64,000 bases of DNA from a candidate division FCPU426 bacterium. GTDB taxonomy: Bacteria; Oederibacteriota; PGYV01; Palsa-1178. The DNA lies in contig CAWIXE010000002.1 of NCBI GenBank assembly GCA_963840035.1, forward strand, positions 672,001-736,000, given 5' to 3'. The translations under genes and the position numbers were made by a program. Shown here piece by piece: positions 41,020 to 50,484 of this stretch (position 1 is the first letter of the stretch; each line of letters starts with the position of its first letter). The notes beneath the pieces are model-generated. The model was not told the origin of the DNA and did no database searches. It was given only the letters and a program-made list of their open reading frames with translations.

Positions 41020-41209
41020 TTAGAGCGACAGGTAAAGTTTCATCAGCATTGAGTCAAATTTCGCCCCGTGTGAACGGCCTTCCGCTTTTTCAAACCTGGC
41101 GTATGCCTTTGATTTGTTCAGCAGTTCCAGGTGCTCCCGGCCGGGTCTGAGCCCTTCGTAATTATCAGTGTCGGAGAGCTTCAGTGAGAACTTCTTCTTT
41201 CGGTGTCAT
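41020..41209 (-). pseudogene. possible frameshifted gene remnant downstream of the XRE regulator
   Basis: GGAGG RBS plus MTPKEEVL... stops after 14 codons; another frame stays open for more than 50 codons. Confidence 0.35.
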
Positions 41210-41396
41210 TTTTTTTCCTCCTTTTTCCCTCGATCATTTTCTTTATATGGTATGACTGTATCTGGTTAGGTTCATTTCTGTCCTTAAACCACCGGTTAAC
41301 GGTACAAAAGGCGACATCAAGGTCGTCAGCCAGCTTTGCCTGTGAGATCTTATTTTCCAGCCTGTATTTTTCAAGTTCTTTCACAATATTCTTCAT
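41181..41396 (-). CDS. XRE-family HTH regulator
   Basis: ISQAKLADDLDVAFCTVNRW HTH; upstream TTGACA-17-TATACT. Confidence 0.85.
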   Translation of the reverse strand: MKNIVKELEKYRLENKISQAKLADDLDVAFCTVNRWFKDRNEPNQIQSYHIKKMIEGKRRKKNDTERRSSH

Positions 41397-41458
41397 ATAG
41401 CAAAGTATAGCATATTATAGCATTATGTCAAGAGCGAATTAACGATTAAATTAGATGT

Positions 41459-41577
41459 TAATTACCAATGACTAATTACTAATTACCAATTATGGTGTGC
41501 GGTGCACTTAATATAATAAAATGCGAAGAGCGAAGCGATGAGCGTTTCATTTATTTGTAATTGGTAATTAGTAATTT
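41459..41577. repeat. heptamer-armed element (AATTACC/AATTACT arms)
   Basis: Same architecture and a related GCGGTGC core as 7389-7514. Confidence 0.75.
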
Positions 41578-41669
41578 AAGCAGTTGTTTTAAATGGCTGT
41601 TTTAAACTGTTGTTATTGCAATGCGCGTCAAAAGTGATATAATATTTAAAAATACGATCCGGAGGGAAT

Positions 41670-42593
41670 ATGAAAAGAACAATTATATTGTTTGTTGCGG
41701 CTGTTTTTTTGTCGGTATCAGTATATGCTTACGAATATACAAGGACTTCTGACTTCATCCTTTTAGACAGCTCCTCGGCTGCGGCAGCGCTTTCCGGCGC
41801 CTGCTCGGCGAAAAGGGGGGATGGATCGCTTTTTACATATAACCCGGCGGCATCTGACCCGGATAAAACAGCGCAGCTTGATTTTACTTATACGGACAAT
41901 ACATCTTTAAAAATAAGCGGGACATATACCCGCCTGGCAATGAAAATGGGCGGCGGAAACTTTGGAGCGGGTTATTTAATGAACAGGCAGGTATTTAAGA
42001 AAAAGGGCGAAAGGCGCAATATGGGCTTCATATTTAATTACAGCCAGGAAATAATGAGTTATACGAATGCCGGCGCTTCAATTAAAGTTATGTATTCGGA
42101 TTATATGAAGGAAAGCGCGTATTTGATAGGGCTTGACCTTGGCGTTAATTATTCGCTTGATGATTCTATAAACCTGGCATTTACCGCGATGGATCTGGGC
42201 GTGCCGGCCATAGGCGCGGAAAAAGGTTCGTATTTTGAGGATGAAGTGCTTCCTGCGCGCGTTGTAATAGCTGCTGATTGGAAGGCTGTAAATGATAATG
42301 TAAACAGGTTGTCGCTCAGCGCTGACGCGGGTTTTAAATTTTATGGTTTCGCGCCATATCTGCTTACGGGTATTGAATACGTTTATTTAAATCAGTTTTA
42401 TATCAGGGCAGGGAATAGGCTTGAAAGGGTGGAGGATGAAAATTTGATCATGGATTATTTAAGCGCCGGCCTGGGAATAAATTTTGATTTATACGGAGTC
42501 ATGTTTAATATGAATTATTCATATGTCCCAAAAGTGTCGGGTCCGGGTGAATTTGGAGAAAGTCACATAATTGAAATAAAAGCCAGTTTTTAA
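41670..42593 (+). CDS. PorV/PorQ-like outer-membrane beta-barrel protein
   Basis: Signal peptide, AAALSGA...YNPA motif, DLG, terminal SH...F. Confidence 0.7.
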   Translation: MKRTIILFVAAVFLSVSVYAYEYTRTSDFILLDSSSAAAALSGACSAKRGDGSLFTYNPAASDPDKTAQLDFTYTDNTSLKISGTYTRLAMKMGGGNFGAGYLMNRQVFKKKGERRNMGFIFNYSQEIMSYTNAGASIKVMYSDYMKESAYLIGLDLGVNYSLDDSINLAFTAMDLGVPAIGAEKGSYFEDEVLPARVVIAADWKAVNDNVNRLSLSADAGFKFYGFAPYLLTGIEYVYLNQFYIRAGNRLERVEDENLIMDYLSAGLGINFDLYGVMFNMNYSYVPKVSGPGEFGESHIIEIKASF

Positions 42594-42892
42594 AGACCTA
42601 AATAACCGACCAAGGGTTCTAAATAACATATATTTAAAACACGAAAAATCCGATTTGTTTTATATACTACTACTTTTGTTAGAAAAGCATCGTAAAACTA
42701 CCGTGTTTATTGAATAATATCATTGAGAACAACAAACCGACCATATCAAGACTTACAGTTCTAACAATAAGAAAATCTTCACAATGTATTCGGCTTGCAG
42801 AAAGTTGAGGTTTCATAATTTGAAATTATTATTTCAAGGCTGTCTAAAAATGGCTATAAATTACAGGTTAAAAATTATTTGTAAAAATTTTG

Positions 42893-42921
42893 TTGACAAA
42901 AACACAAAAATTTTGTATATT
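42893..42921 (+). promoter_or_regulatory. sigma-70-type promoter of the hydrogenase operon
   Basis: TTGACA-17-TATATT. Confidence 0.65.
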
Positions 42922-43004
42922 CACTTTAGGGCAGAGGAGTTATATCGATATGGTAGTTTGAAAGGGAGAGCAGAAACGTCGGCTCTCATTTTTATTTAGG
43001 TTTA

Positions 43005-43022
43005 ATGTGAAAAAATTCACAT
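43005..43022. promoter_or_regulatory. Rex-like (or CRP-like) operator
   Basis: ATGTGAAAAAATTCACAT palindrome compared with the Rex consensus TTGTGAANNNNTTCACAA. Confidence 0.7.
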
Positions 43023-43048
43023 ACTAAAATACACGGAGGTACAGGCAA

Positions 43049-43552
43049 ATGATGTTGGAAAAAGAAGAAATAAAGCTCGAAAAATCCTTGCTTGACTTCA
43101 TGGAAAAGTGGAAGGACAAACCAGGAAATGAAATAATGGTCCTCCACAAGATCCAGGAAGTTTACGGGTATGTCCCGCGTAAGGTTGCTATGGAAGTATC
43201 GCACCAGATGGGCATACCGCTCGCGAAAATTTACGGTATCATCACTTTTTACCACCTCTTTAAGCTCAAGAAACCGGGAAAGAACCAGATACAGGTATGC
43301 ATGGGTACCGCCTGTTACTTAAAAGGCGGGAACGACATAATACAGGAGATTGAGAATATCCTCGGGGTCGCTGTCAATAACACGAGTGATGACGGACTGT
43401 TCTCGCTGGAAATTGTCAGGTGCGTCGGCTGCTGCGGGCTCGCGCCGGTAATGGTAATAAACGGAAAAACTTTTGGCAACGTCTTAAAGACAGACCTGCC
43501 GAAGGTCCTCGGTGAATACAGCAAAGCGGAGGAGGCGTTGAAAAATGGATAA
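43049..43552 (+). CDS. hndA: [FeFe]-hydrogenase NuoE-like 2Fe-2S subunit
   Basis: TFY...VCMGTAC...CVGCCGLAP. Confidence 0.88.
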   Translation: MMLEKEEIKLEKSLLDFMEKWKDKPGNEIMVLHKIQEVYGYVPRKVAMEVSHQMGIPLAKIYGIITFYHLFKLKKPGKNQIQVCMGTACYLKGGNDIIQEIENILGVAVNNTSDDGLFSLEIVRCVGCCGLAPVMVINGKTFGNVLKTDLPKVLGEYSKAEEALKNG

Positions 43553-43928
43553 GATGAAAAAGGGAGACCTGGAAAAATTCAGGAAAAATTTTAAGCCCGA
43601 ACACAAGGGCGAGATCATGATTTCCATGGGGACGTGCGGCATTGCGGCCGGCGGGGACTCCATTTATAAGATTTTTGAGGAAGACCTGAAAAATAAAGGC
43701 CTTGACGCTACGGTAAAGCTTAAAAAAACCGGGTGCCTTGGCATGTGTTTTTGCGAGCCGAACATGGTGGTCAAGATTGAGGGAATGCCGGAGATACTTT
43801 ACGGCAATGTGGACGAGAAAGCCGCACACTCCATAGTAAGCGAGCACGTCATCAAGAAAAACATACTAAACAACTACGTTATATTCATGCCGTCGAAAGA
43901 TACCGGCAAGAATATATTCAAAGATTAG
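43545..43928 (+). CDS. hndB: thioredoxin-like (2Fe-2S) ferredoxin subunit
   Basis: MGTCGIAAG...TGCLGMC...EP. Confidence 0.85.
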   Translation: MDKMKKGDLEKFRKNFKPEHKGEIMISMGTCGIAAGGDSIYKIFEEDLKNKGLDATVKLKKTGCLGMCFCEPNMVVKIEGMPEILYGNVDEKAAHSIVSEHVIKKNILNNYVIFMPSKDTGKNIFKD

Positions 43929-43942
43929 GAGGATGATATAAA

Positions 43943-45709
43943 ATGAATAAACAGTACATATTTGTATGGGAGCCTGCCGAACAAAAAGACAGGCCTGTAT
44001 ATAATACTTTTGTAAAGCTGGTAAATGAAAAGGCGCTCACCGACAGCTTTGAGGTCATCCGCAGCCCGTTTATCGGGTTTACCACGGACGGCCCCATAGC
44101 CAGGGTCATGCCTGACGGCGTAATTTACACGAAGTTTAAGGCTGAAGACGCGGAAGCCATCATTAACGCCCATGTGAAATGGAAGAAGCTCGACAAGTTC
44201 GCGCTGACTTATGACAACAAGTTCCTCCCCATAAAGGAAAAGGACGATACAAGCAAGCAGTTCAAGATAGTCCTTCGCAACATCGGATACATGGACCCGG
44301 AATCAATCGAGGAATACATAATGAGGGGCGGATACAAAGCCCTGGAAAAAGCCCTCTTTGACCTGAAGCAGGATAAAGTAATCGCCGAAATGAAAACATC
44401 CGGTTTAAGGGGCCGCGGCGGAGCGGGATTCCCGACAGGATTGAAATGGGAACTTACAAAAAAAGAAGTAAGCGATGTAAAGTATGTGATTTGTAACGCG
44501 GATGAGGGCGACCCCGGCGCGTACATGGACAGGAGCGTACTGGAAGGGGACCCGCATTCCGTCATAGAAGGAATGATTATCGGCGGTTATGCCGTCGGTT
44601 GCACGCAGGGTTTCATTTATATAAGGGCTGAATACCCGCTCGCCATTGAAAGGCTTGAAAAAGCCCTGACAGCGGCGCGCGAACGCGGCCTGCTTGGCAA
44701 GAACATTCTCGGGACTGACTTCTCCTTTGATATTGAATTACGCTGGGGCGCAGGGGCTTTTGTCTGCGGCGAAGAAACAGCGCTTATCGCTTCCATCGAA
44801 GGAAAGAGGGGAAACCCGAGGCCGAGGCCCCCATTCCCGTCTGTATCGGGATTATGGGGAAAGCCGACCTTCATTAATAACGTGGAATCATGGGCGAACG
44901 TGCCTGTTATCGTTGAAAAAGGCGGCAGCTGGTTTGCCTCCATCGGGACCGAGAAATCAAAAGGCACCAAGGTATTTGCCGTAACCGGAAAGGTCACGAA
45001 CCCGGGGCTTGTTGAAGTCCCCATGGGCACGACCATCAGGGAAATAGTATATGACATATGCGGCGGAATACAGAACAAGAAGAAATTCAAGGCGGTCCAG
45101 ACAGGCGGGCCTTCCGGCGGAGTAATACCGGAGCAGTACCTGGACATGCCCATAGATTACGAATCGCTCCAGTCCATAGGCTCCATCATGGGTTCCGGAG
45201 GGATGATAGTAATGGACGAGGATGACTGTATGGTGGACGTCAATAAATTCTACCTTCAGTTCTCCGTGGACGAATCGTGCGGCAAATGCTCGCCGTGCAG
45301 GATAGGCGGCAAGCAGATACTTGAACTGCTTGAGAAAATAACAAAAGGAAACGGCGATAAGACGGACATAGACAAGATAAGGTCCATATCGATAGCCATG
45401 CAGAAAGCGTCGCTATGCGCCCTGGGACAGACCACACCGAACCCGGTAATATCGGCGCTGCAGTACTTTGAAAAAGAGTACATGGAACATATCACTGACA
45501 AAAAATGTTTCACCGGCAAATGCCGCGACCTCGTGGAGTACATGATTATACCCGAGAAGTGTATAGGCTGCGGCCTCTGCGCCATAAGGTGCCCAGTGAA
45601 GTGCATCACCGGCGAGAAGAGAAAACCGTATCTGATAGACCAGAAGGCCTGCATAAAGTGCGGCGAGTGCTACAACGTCTGTAAGTTCGACGCTGTAAAA
45701 AGAGGTTAA
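43943..45709 (+). CDS. hndC: NuoF-like FMN/NAD(P)H subunit of the hydrogenase
   Basis: GRGGAGF, NADEGDPG, GAFVCGEET, GGPSGG, ESCGKC and two C-terminal 4Fe-4S motifs. Confidence 0.92.
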   Translation: MNKQYIFVWEPAEQKDRPVYNTFVKLVNEKALTDSFEVIRSPFIGFTTDGPIARVMPDGVIYTKFKAEDAEAIINAHVKWKKLDKFALTYDNKFLPIKEKDDTSKQFKIVLRNIGYMDPESIEEYIMRGGYKALEKALFDLKQDKVIAEMKTSGLRGRGGAGFPTGLKWELTKKEVSDVKYVICNADEGDPGAYMDRSVLEGDPHSVIEGMIIGGYAVGCTQGFIYIRAEYPLAIERLEKALTAARERGLLGKNILGTDFSFDIELRWGAGAFVCGEETALIASIEGKRGNPRPRPPFPSVSGLWGKPTFINNVESWANVPVIVEKGGSWFASIGTEKSKGTKVFAVTGKVTNPGLVEVPMGTTIREIVYDICGGIQNKKKFKAVQTGGPSGGVIPEQYLDMPIDYESLQSIGSIMGSGGMIVMDEDDCMVDVNKFYLQFSVDESCGKCSPCRIGGKQILELLEKITKGNGDKTDIDKIRSISIAMQKASLCALGQTTPNPVISALQYFEKEYMEHITDKKCFTGKCRDLVEYMIIPEKCIGCGLCAIRCPVKCITGEKRKPYLIDQKACIKCGECYNVCKFDAVKRG

Positions 45710-45722
45710 GGAGGCGATAAAC

Positions 45723-47495
45723 ATGTACGTTGAAAAAACAACAGGAAAAATGATACAGATAAAGATAAACGGGAAAGACTATACAGTCGATTCCGGAGCC
45801 ACTATACTTGAGGCAGCCAGGCTGGCGCACATCAAGATACCTACGCTGTGCAAGCATGATGACCTGCCCGCGACCGCTTCGTGCGGAATATGCGTGGTAA
45901 AGGCCAAGAACAACAGGAAACTGCTGCGCGCCTGCTGCACATACGTGGAGCCAAATATGGAGATTACAACCCACGACGGAGAGCTTTACCAGGTGAGAAA
46001 GAACGTTCTCGACCTGATTCTTTCATCTCATCCGTTCGCGTGCCTGACCTGCTTAAGAAACGGCGACTGCGAGCTGCAGAAACTTTCCGAGGAATTCGGC
46101 ATAAGGTCAAGGCCGTATAAGGAAATGCTCCAGACGCTGCCTAAGGACACCTCCACAAAGGCCATAGTTCTTGACCCGATAAAATGCGTCCACTGCGGAC
46201 GCTGCGTGGAAGTGTGCCAGAACATACAGAAAGTTTACGCACTTGAGTTCCTTGACAGGGGTTTTGATTCCAGGATAGCGCCTGCAGGCGACATATCCAT
46301 GGCTGACAGCCCGTGTATAAAGTGCGGACAGTGCTCGGCGCACTGCCCCGTGGGAGCACTTGTTGAATTCAGTGAGATACCGAAGGTCTGGGACGCGCTG
46401 GCAAACCCGGATGTTTATCCGGTAGTCCAGATAGCTCCGGCAGTAAGGGTGGCCATAGGAGAGGCATTTGGCCTTCCTGCAGGTACCATCATAACCAAAA
46501 AACTTTACGCGCTCTTCAGAAGGATGGGTTTTAAGGCCGTATTTGACACGAATTTTGCGGCTGACCTTACCATTATGGAAGAAGGTTCGGAGCTCATACA
46601 CAGGATAACCACAGGAAAAGGCGCCATGCCGCTTATCACAAGCTGCTGCCCTGCCTGGGTGGACTTTCTTGAGAAGTATTATCCGGACCTTATTGAGCAC
46701 TTCTCATCGGCAAAATCGCCGCACGAAATGCTCGGCGCGCTTGCAAAGACATACTACGCGGACATGATAAAAGTGGACCCGAAAAAGATGTTTGTCCTCT
46801 CGGTCATGCCGTGCACGGCCAAAAAATACGAGGTATCCAGGACTGAAGACATGAGTTCCTCGGGATACCAGGACGTGGATGTTTCCATCACTACAAGGGA
46901 ACTTGTCAGGATGATAAAATCAAGCGGCATACAGCTGCTTGACCTCGAGGATGAGGAAGTAGACAATGTGCTTGGCACCTATACAGGCGCGGGAACCATA
47001 TTTGGCGCCACGGGCGGCGTCATGGAAGCCGCAATAAGGACCGCGTACTTTTTAATGACCGGTAAGAACCTTGATAAGATCGATGTTGATGTTGTCAGGG
47101 GATTAAAAGGCGTTAAAAGCGGAGAGATAGATGTCAATGGAAAGAAAATAAAAGTGGCTGTAGCGCACGGTACGGGCAATGTAAGGGCCGTCATGGACGA
47201 ACTGCGCGCCGCGAAACTTGCCGGCAAACCCATGCCTTATGATTTCATCGAGGTAATGGCATGCGAAGGCGGATGCATAGCGGGCGGTGGCCAGCCTTAT
47301 CAGGTAACAAACGCCATCAGGAGAAAAAGGACAGAGGGCATATACAAGGACGACAAGCAGTCCAAGCTCAGGCTTTCACACGAAAATCCTGACGTACAGA
47401 AGCTTTACAAGGATTTCCTTGACAAGCCGCTCTCGCCTAAGGCGCATAAACTGCTCCACAATCACTACAGGCCGAGGCCGTTGTACTATAAATAA
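45723..47495 (+). CDS. hndD: group A [FeFe]-hydrogenase catalytic subunit
   Basis: H-cluster motifs TSCCPAW, MPCTAKKYE and EVMACEGGCIAGGG; N-terminal 2Fe-2S, His-ligated and 2x4Fe-4S domains. Confidence 0.96.
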   Translation: MYVEKTTGKMIQIKINGKDYTVDSGATILEAARLAHIKIPTLCKHDDLPATASCGICVVKAKNNRKLLRACCTYVEPNMEITTHDGELYQVRKNVLDLILSSHPFACLTCLRNGDCELQKLSEEFGIRSRPYKEMLQTLPKDTSTKAIVLDPIKCVHCGRCVEVCQNIQKVYALEFLDRGFDSRIAPAGDISMADSPCIKCGQCSAHCPVGALVEFSEIPKVWDALANPDVYPVVQIAPAVRVAIGEAFGLPAGTIITKKLYALFRRMGFKAVFDTNFAADLTIMEEGSELIHRITTGKGAMPLITSCCPAWVDFLEKYYPDLIEHFSSAKSPHEMLGALAKTYYADMIKVDPKKMFVLSVMPCTAKKYEVSRTEDMSSSGYQDVDVSITTRELVRMIKSSGIQLLDLEDEEVDNVLGTYTGAGTIFGATGGVMEAAIRTAYFLMTGKNLDKIDVDVVRGLKGVKSGEIDVNGKKIKVAVAHGTGNVRAVMDELRAAKLAGKPMPYDFIEVMACEGGCIAGGGQPYQVTNAIRRKRTEGIYKDDKQSKLRLSHENPDVQKLYKDFLDKPLSPKAHKLLHNHYRPRPLYYK

Positions 47496-47496
47496 C

Positions 47497-47596
47497 AATT
47501 TTCAATTTTAAATTTTGGATTTTCAATTGCTCAAATCCGGCCGGGTATGATGCCCGGCCGGACTTTACAGCGTTTTTAATTGAAAATTGAAAATTC
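47497..47596. repeat. heptamer-armed element enclosing a GC-rich hairpin (probable operon terminator)
   Basis: ATTTTCA/TGAAAAT arms around TCCGGCCGGGTA-TGA-TGCCCGGCCGGA. Confidence 0.75.
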
Positions 47597-47717
47597 ATAA
47601 TTTGCAGTTTTCGTTTGAAATCCTATCAAAATAGAGTTATTATAAATAAGATTACACAGCTTAATATTGCACCGATTTTGTGATAATCTTGTTTAAATAA
47701 ATATATTGAGGGTGTTT

Positions 47718-49106
47718 ATGAGGATTGAAAAGGACTTTCTTGGCGGTAAAGAAATCCCTGATAATGTATATTACGGCATTAATACCGCGCGCGCCCTGGA
47801 AAACTTCGGCGCTGACGCCGATAAAATAGATACATACTTCATTAAAGCCTATCTTCTCGTAAAAAAAGCCGCAGCTCTTGTAAATTTCGAGATAAAATCC
47901 ATCTCAGAAGAAAAAACCAATGCCATAACAGGAGCCATAGACGCCCTCATTGAGACCGGTGATTTTTCTGACTTTTGTGTTAACCCGCTTTCAGGCGGGG
48001 CAGGCACATCTGTTAACATGAACATCAACGAAGTTATAGCCAACCGCGCACTTGAAATGGCGGGCATGCAGAAGGGCGAATATTCCTTCATACATCCTCT
48101 GGACGACGTCAATATGCACCAGTCAACCAATGACACTTTTCCCACAGCGTTAAGAACGGCCATGCTTATGTACCTGGATGATATGGAGAAGGAATTAACG
48201 CTGCTTCAGGAGGCGCTTCAGCTTAAGGAAAAGGAATTTTCCGGGGTCGTAAAACTCGGCAGGACAGAGCTTCAGGATGCCCTGCCAATAACCGTAGGCA
48301 TGCAGTTCTCGGCTTATGCCGAGGCCATAGGCCGCGACAGGTGGAGGATATTCAAATCAAGGGAACGCATCAAGACCGTCAACCTGGGAGGCACTGCCAT
48401 AGGCACCGGATTTAACGCTCCCCAGGAATACATATTTAAGGCGGCTGACAAACTCAAGCAGCTGACCGGACTGAACATCAGCAGGGCTGAAAACCTTGTG
48501 GATGCCACCCAGAACCTGGACTCAATAGTCGAGGTAGCAGGGATGGTCAAGGCAGCCGCGGTCAACCTGATGAAGATTTCGGAGGATTTAAGGTTCCTCT
48601 CTTCCGGGCCGGAGGGCGGGATAGGGGAGTTTATACTGCCTGCGCTCCAGGAAGGCTCCACCATAATGCCGGGAAAGGTAAATCCGGTCATGTGCGAATT
48701 CATAACCCAGGGCTGCCTGAAGGTTTTTGCCGACGACCAGGCTTTAACCACAGCCGCTGCCATGGGAAACATGGAACTAAACCAGTTTTTCCCCCTTGTG
48801 GCCCACCTGGTTTTGGGAAATATGAGGTCGGTAAACGGATCAATAAGTAAGATGAACCATAAAATAGTTAGTCAAATAAAACTTAATGAAGATAATATAA
48901 CAAAGAACGTCAGCTCTGCCGTGGCGATTCTGACATACCTGTCCCAGTTTGTAGGCCACGATAAGGCCGCGGCAGTCTATGAGGAGTACAAAAAGACAAA
49001 AAAACCGGTCAGGGACGTGGTGGTAGAGGCCGGGATTTTGGACGCGAAAAAGTACGACGAGCTAATGAGCCCGGATAAGGTAAGAATGTTGGGGTTTAAA
49101 AAATAG
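47718..49106 (+). CDS. aspA: aspartate ammonia-lyase-like protein (fumarase/aspartase superfamily)
   Basis: YYGINT-x-RA, GGAGTS-x-NMN, QSTND and GSTIMPGKVNPV motifs. Confidence 0.85.
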   Translation: MRIEKDFLGGKEIPDNVYYGINTARALENFGADADKIDTYFIKAYLLVKKAAALVNFEIKSISEEKTNAITGAIDALIETGDFSDFCVNPLSGGAGTSVNMNINEVIANRALEMAGMQKGEYSFIHPLDDVNMHQSTNDTFPTALRTAMLMYLDDMEKELTLLQEALQLKEKEFSGVVKLGRTELQDALPITVGMQFSAYAEAIGRDRWRIFKSRERIKTVNLGGTAIGTGFNAPQEYIFKAADKLKQLTGLNISRAENLVDATQNLDSIVEVAGMVKAAAVNLMKISEDLRFLSSGPEGGIGEFILPALQEGSTIMPGKVNPVMCEFITQGCLKVFADDQALTTAAAMGNMELNQFFPLVAHLVLGNMRSVNGSISKMNHKIVSQIKLNEDNITKNVSSAVAILTYLSQFVGHDKAAAVYEEYKKTKKPVRDVVVEAGILDAKKYDELMSPDKVRMLGFKK

Positions 49107-49109
49107 GCA

Positions 49110-49181
49110 GTTCGGAGGGTGGAGGGTAGGGTTCGGAGTTCGATCTTTTTAACTTCGAACCCTACCCTCCGACCTCCGAAC
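49110..49181. repeat. heptamer-periodic inverted repeat (GTTCGGA/TCCGAAC type)
   Basis: GTTCGGAGGGTGGAGGGTAGGGTTCG ... CGAACCCTACCCTCCGACCTCCGAAC. Confidence 0.75.
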
Positions 49182-49205
49182 GCCTTCAAAAGGAGACTTA
49201 TCCAC

Positions 49206-50420
49206 ATGAATGAAACCCCGCAAGCCAACCGCCTCCACATAGGCATTTTCGGCAGCCGGAACGCCGGCAAGTCTTCGTTCATTAACGCCATCACGGGTCA
49301 GTCAGTAGCCATAGTCGACGCCACCCCGGGCACTACTACCGATCCGGTAGGGAAAGCCATGGAGATCAGAGGGCTGGGGCCAGTCTTCATCTATGACACG
49401 GCCGGCATCGACGATGAGGGTGAGTTGGGGGCTAAAAGGGTGGCCAGAACCCGCGACATTATCAGACGCATCAATCTTGCAGTGGTGATAACCACATACG
49501 CAGGGTATAATTCAAAGGATGAAGAGTTGATTTTAGAGCTAAAAAACAGGGGTAAAGATGTGCTGGTTTTCTTCAATAAAATTGACGTTGAAGCAAAGGA
49601 TGAAGAAAAAGAAAAGTTGTTAAAAGAAAAGGGGATTCCTTATTTTTCTTTAAGTTGTACATCAGGTAAAAATATGGATAAGGCCCGCGAGTTATTGATA
49701 GAAATAGGGTCAAAAATTTCTGTCGAGAATACGACCATAATTGGAGACCTCATTTCGAGCGGGGATTTTGTGGTTCTGGTAGTGCCAATTGACCTTGGAG
49801 CGCCTAAAGGAAGGCTTATATTGCCCCAGGTGCAGGTAATCAGGGATGTGCTGGACAACGACGCGGTGCCTTTGGTGGTCAAGGAACGGGAACTGCAGTT
49901 TGCGCTGTCGCATTTATCCACAAAGCCGGCCCTGGTTATAACGGACTCGCAGGTGGTCCTCAAGGTGGCGGGCGATGTTCCTGAGGATGTCAAGTTATCC
50001 ACATTTTCTATAGTTTTCTCCAGGCTAAAGGGAGAGTTGGCTGAGTTTGTCAGGGGGGTTAAGGCAATTGATGGTTTGCAGGATGGGGATAAGGTTCTTA
50101 TGCTTGAGGCATGCACCCACCATAGCCAGGCAGACGATATTGGCAGGGTAAAAATACCAAGATGGATCAAACAATACACCGGAAAGAACATTGAGTTTGT
50201 AGTTAATGCCGGCCCGTACATAGATAAGGGCTTTGAGGATGTAAAATTAGCCATCTCCTGCGGCGGTTGCATGATAAACAGGCAGGAGATGCTATCGAGG
50301 ATAGCGGATTGCAGGAATTTGGGGATACCTATAACCAATTACGGCGTAGCGATCTCTTATGTGCAGGGAGTTTTGAAGAGGGTGATAGAACCGTTTCCTG
50401 AGGTGAGAGGAATACTGTGA
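49206..50420 (+). CDS. hydF: [FeFe]-hydrogenase maturation GTPase
   Basis: GSRNAGKS, GTTTDPV, DTAG, PKGRLILPQ and CTHH...CGGC motifs. Confidence 0.96.
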   Translation: MNETPQANRLHIGIFGSRNAGKSSFINAITGQSVAIVDATPGTTTDPVGKAMEIRGLGPVFIYDTAGIDDEGELGAKRVARTRDIIRRINLAVVITTYAGYNSKDEELILELKNRGKDVLVFFNKIDVEAKDEEKEKLLKEKGIPYFSLSCTSGKNMDKARELLIEIGSKISVENTTIIGDLISSGDFVVLVVPIDLGAPKGRLILPQVQVIRDVLDNDAVPLVVKERELQFALSHLSTKPALVITDSQVVLKVAGDVPEDVKLSTFSIVFSRLKGELAEFVRGVKAIDGLQDGDKVLMLEACTHHSQADDIGRVKIPRWIKQYTGKNIEFVVNAGPYIDKGFEDVKLAISCGGCMINRQEMLSRIADCRNLGIPITNYGVAISYVQGVLKRVIEPFPEVRGIL

Positions 50421-50484
50421 TGCCGGACGTCGGATATCGGATGTCGGAGTGAATTCTTAAATCGGGTATTTATTAAACTTATAC

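Noticed and set aside
42601..42770. Short direct repeats AACCGACCA...GTTCTAA
   Set aside because: Only two short imperfect copies with unequal spacing; could be chance
43049..45709. Respiratory complex I nuoEF
   Set aside because: The genes are in an operon with an H-cluster hydrogenase and no membrane Nuo subunits are present
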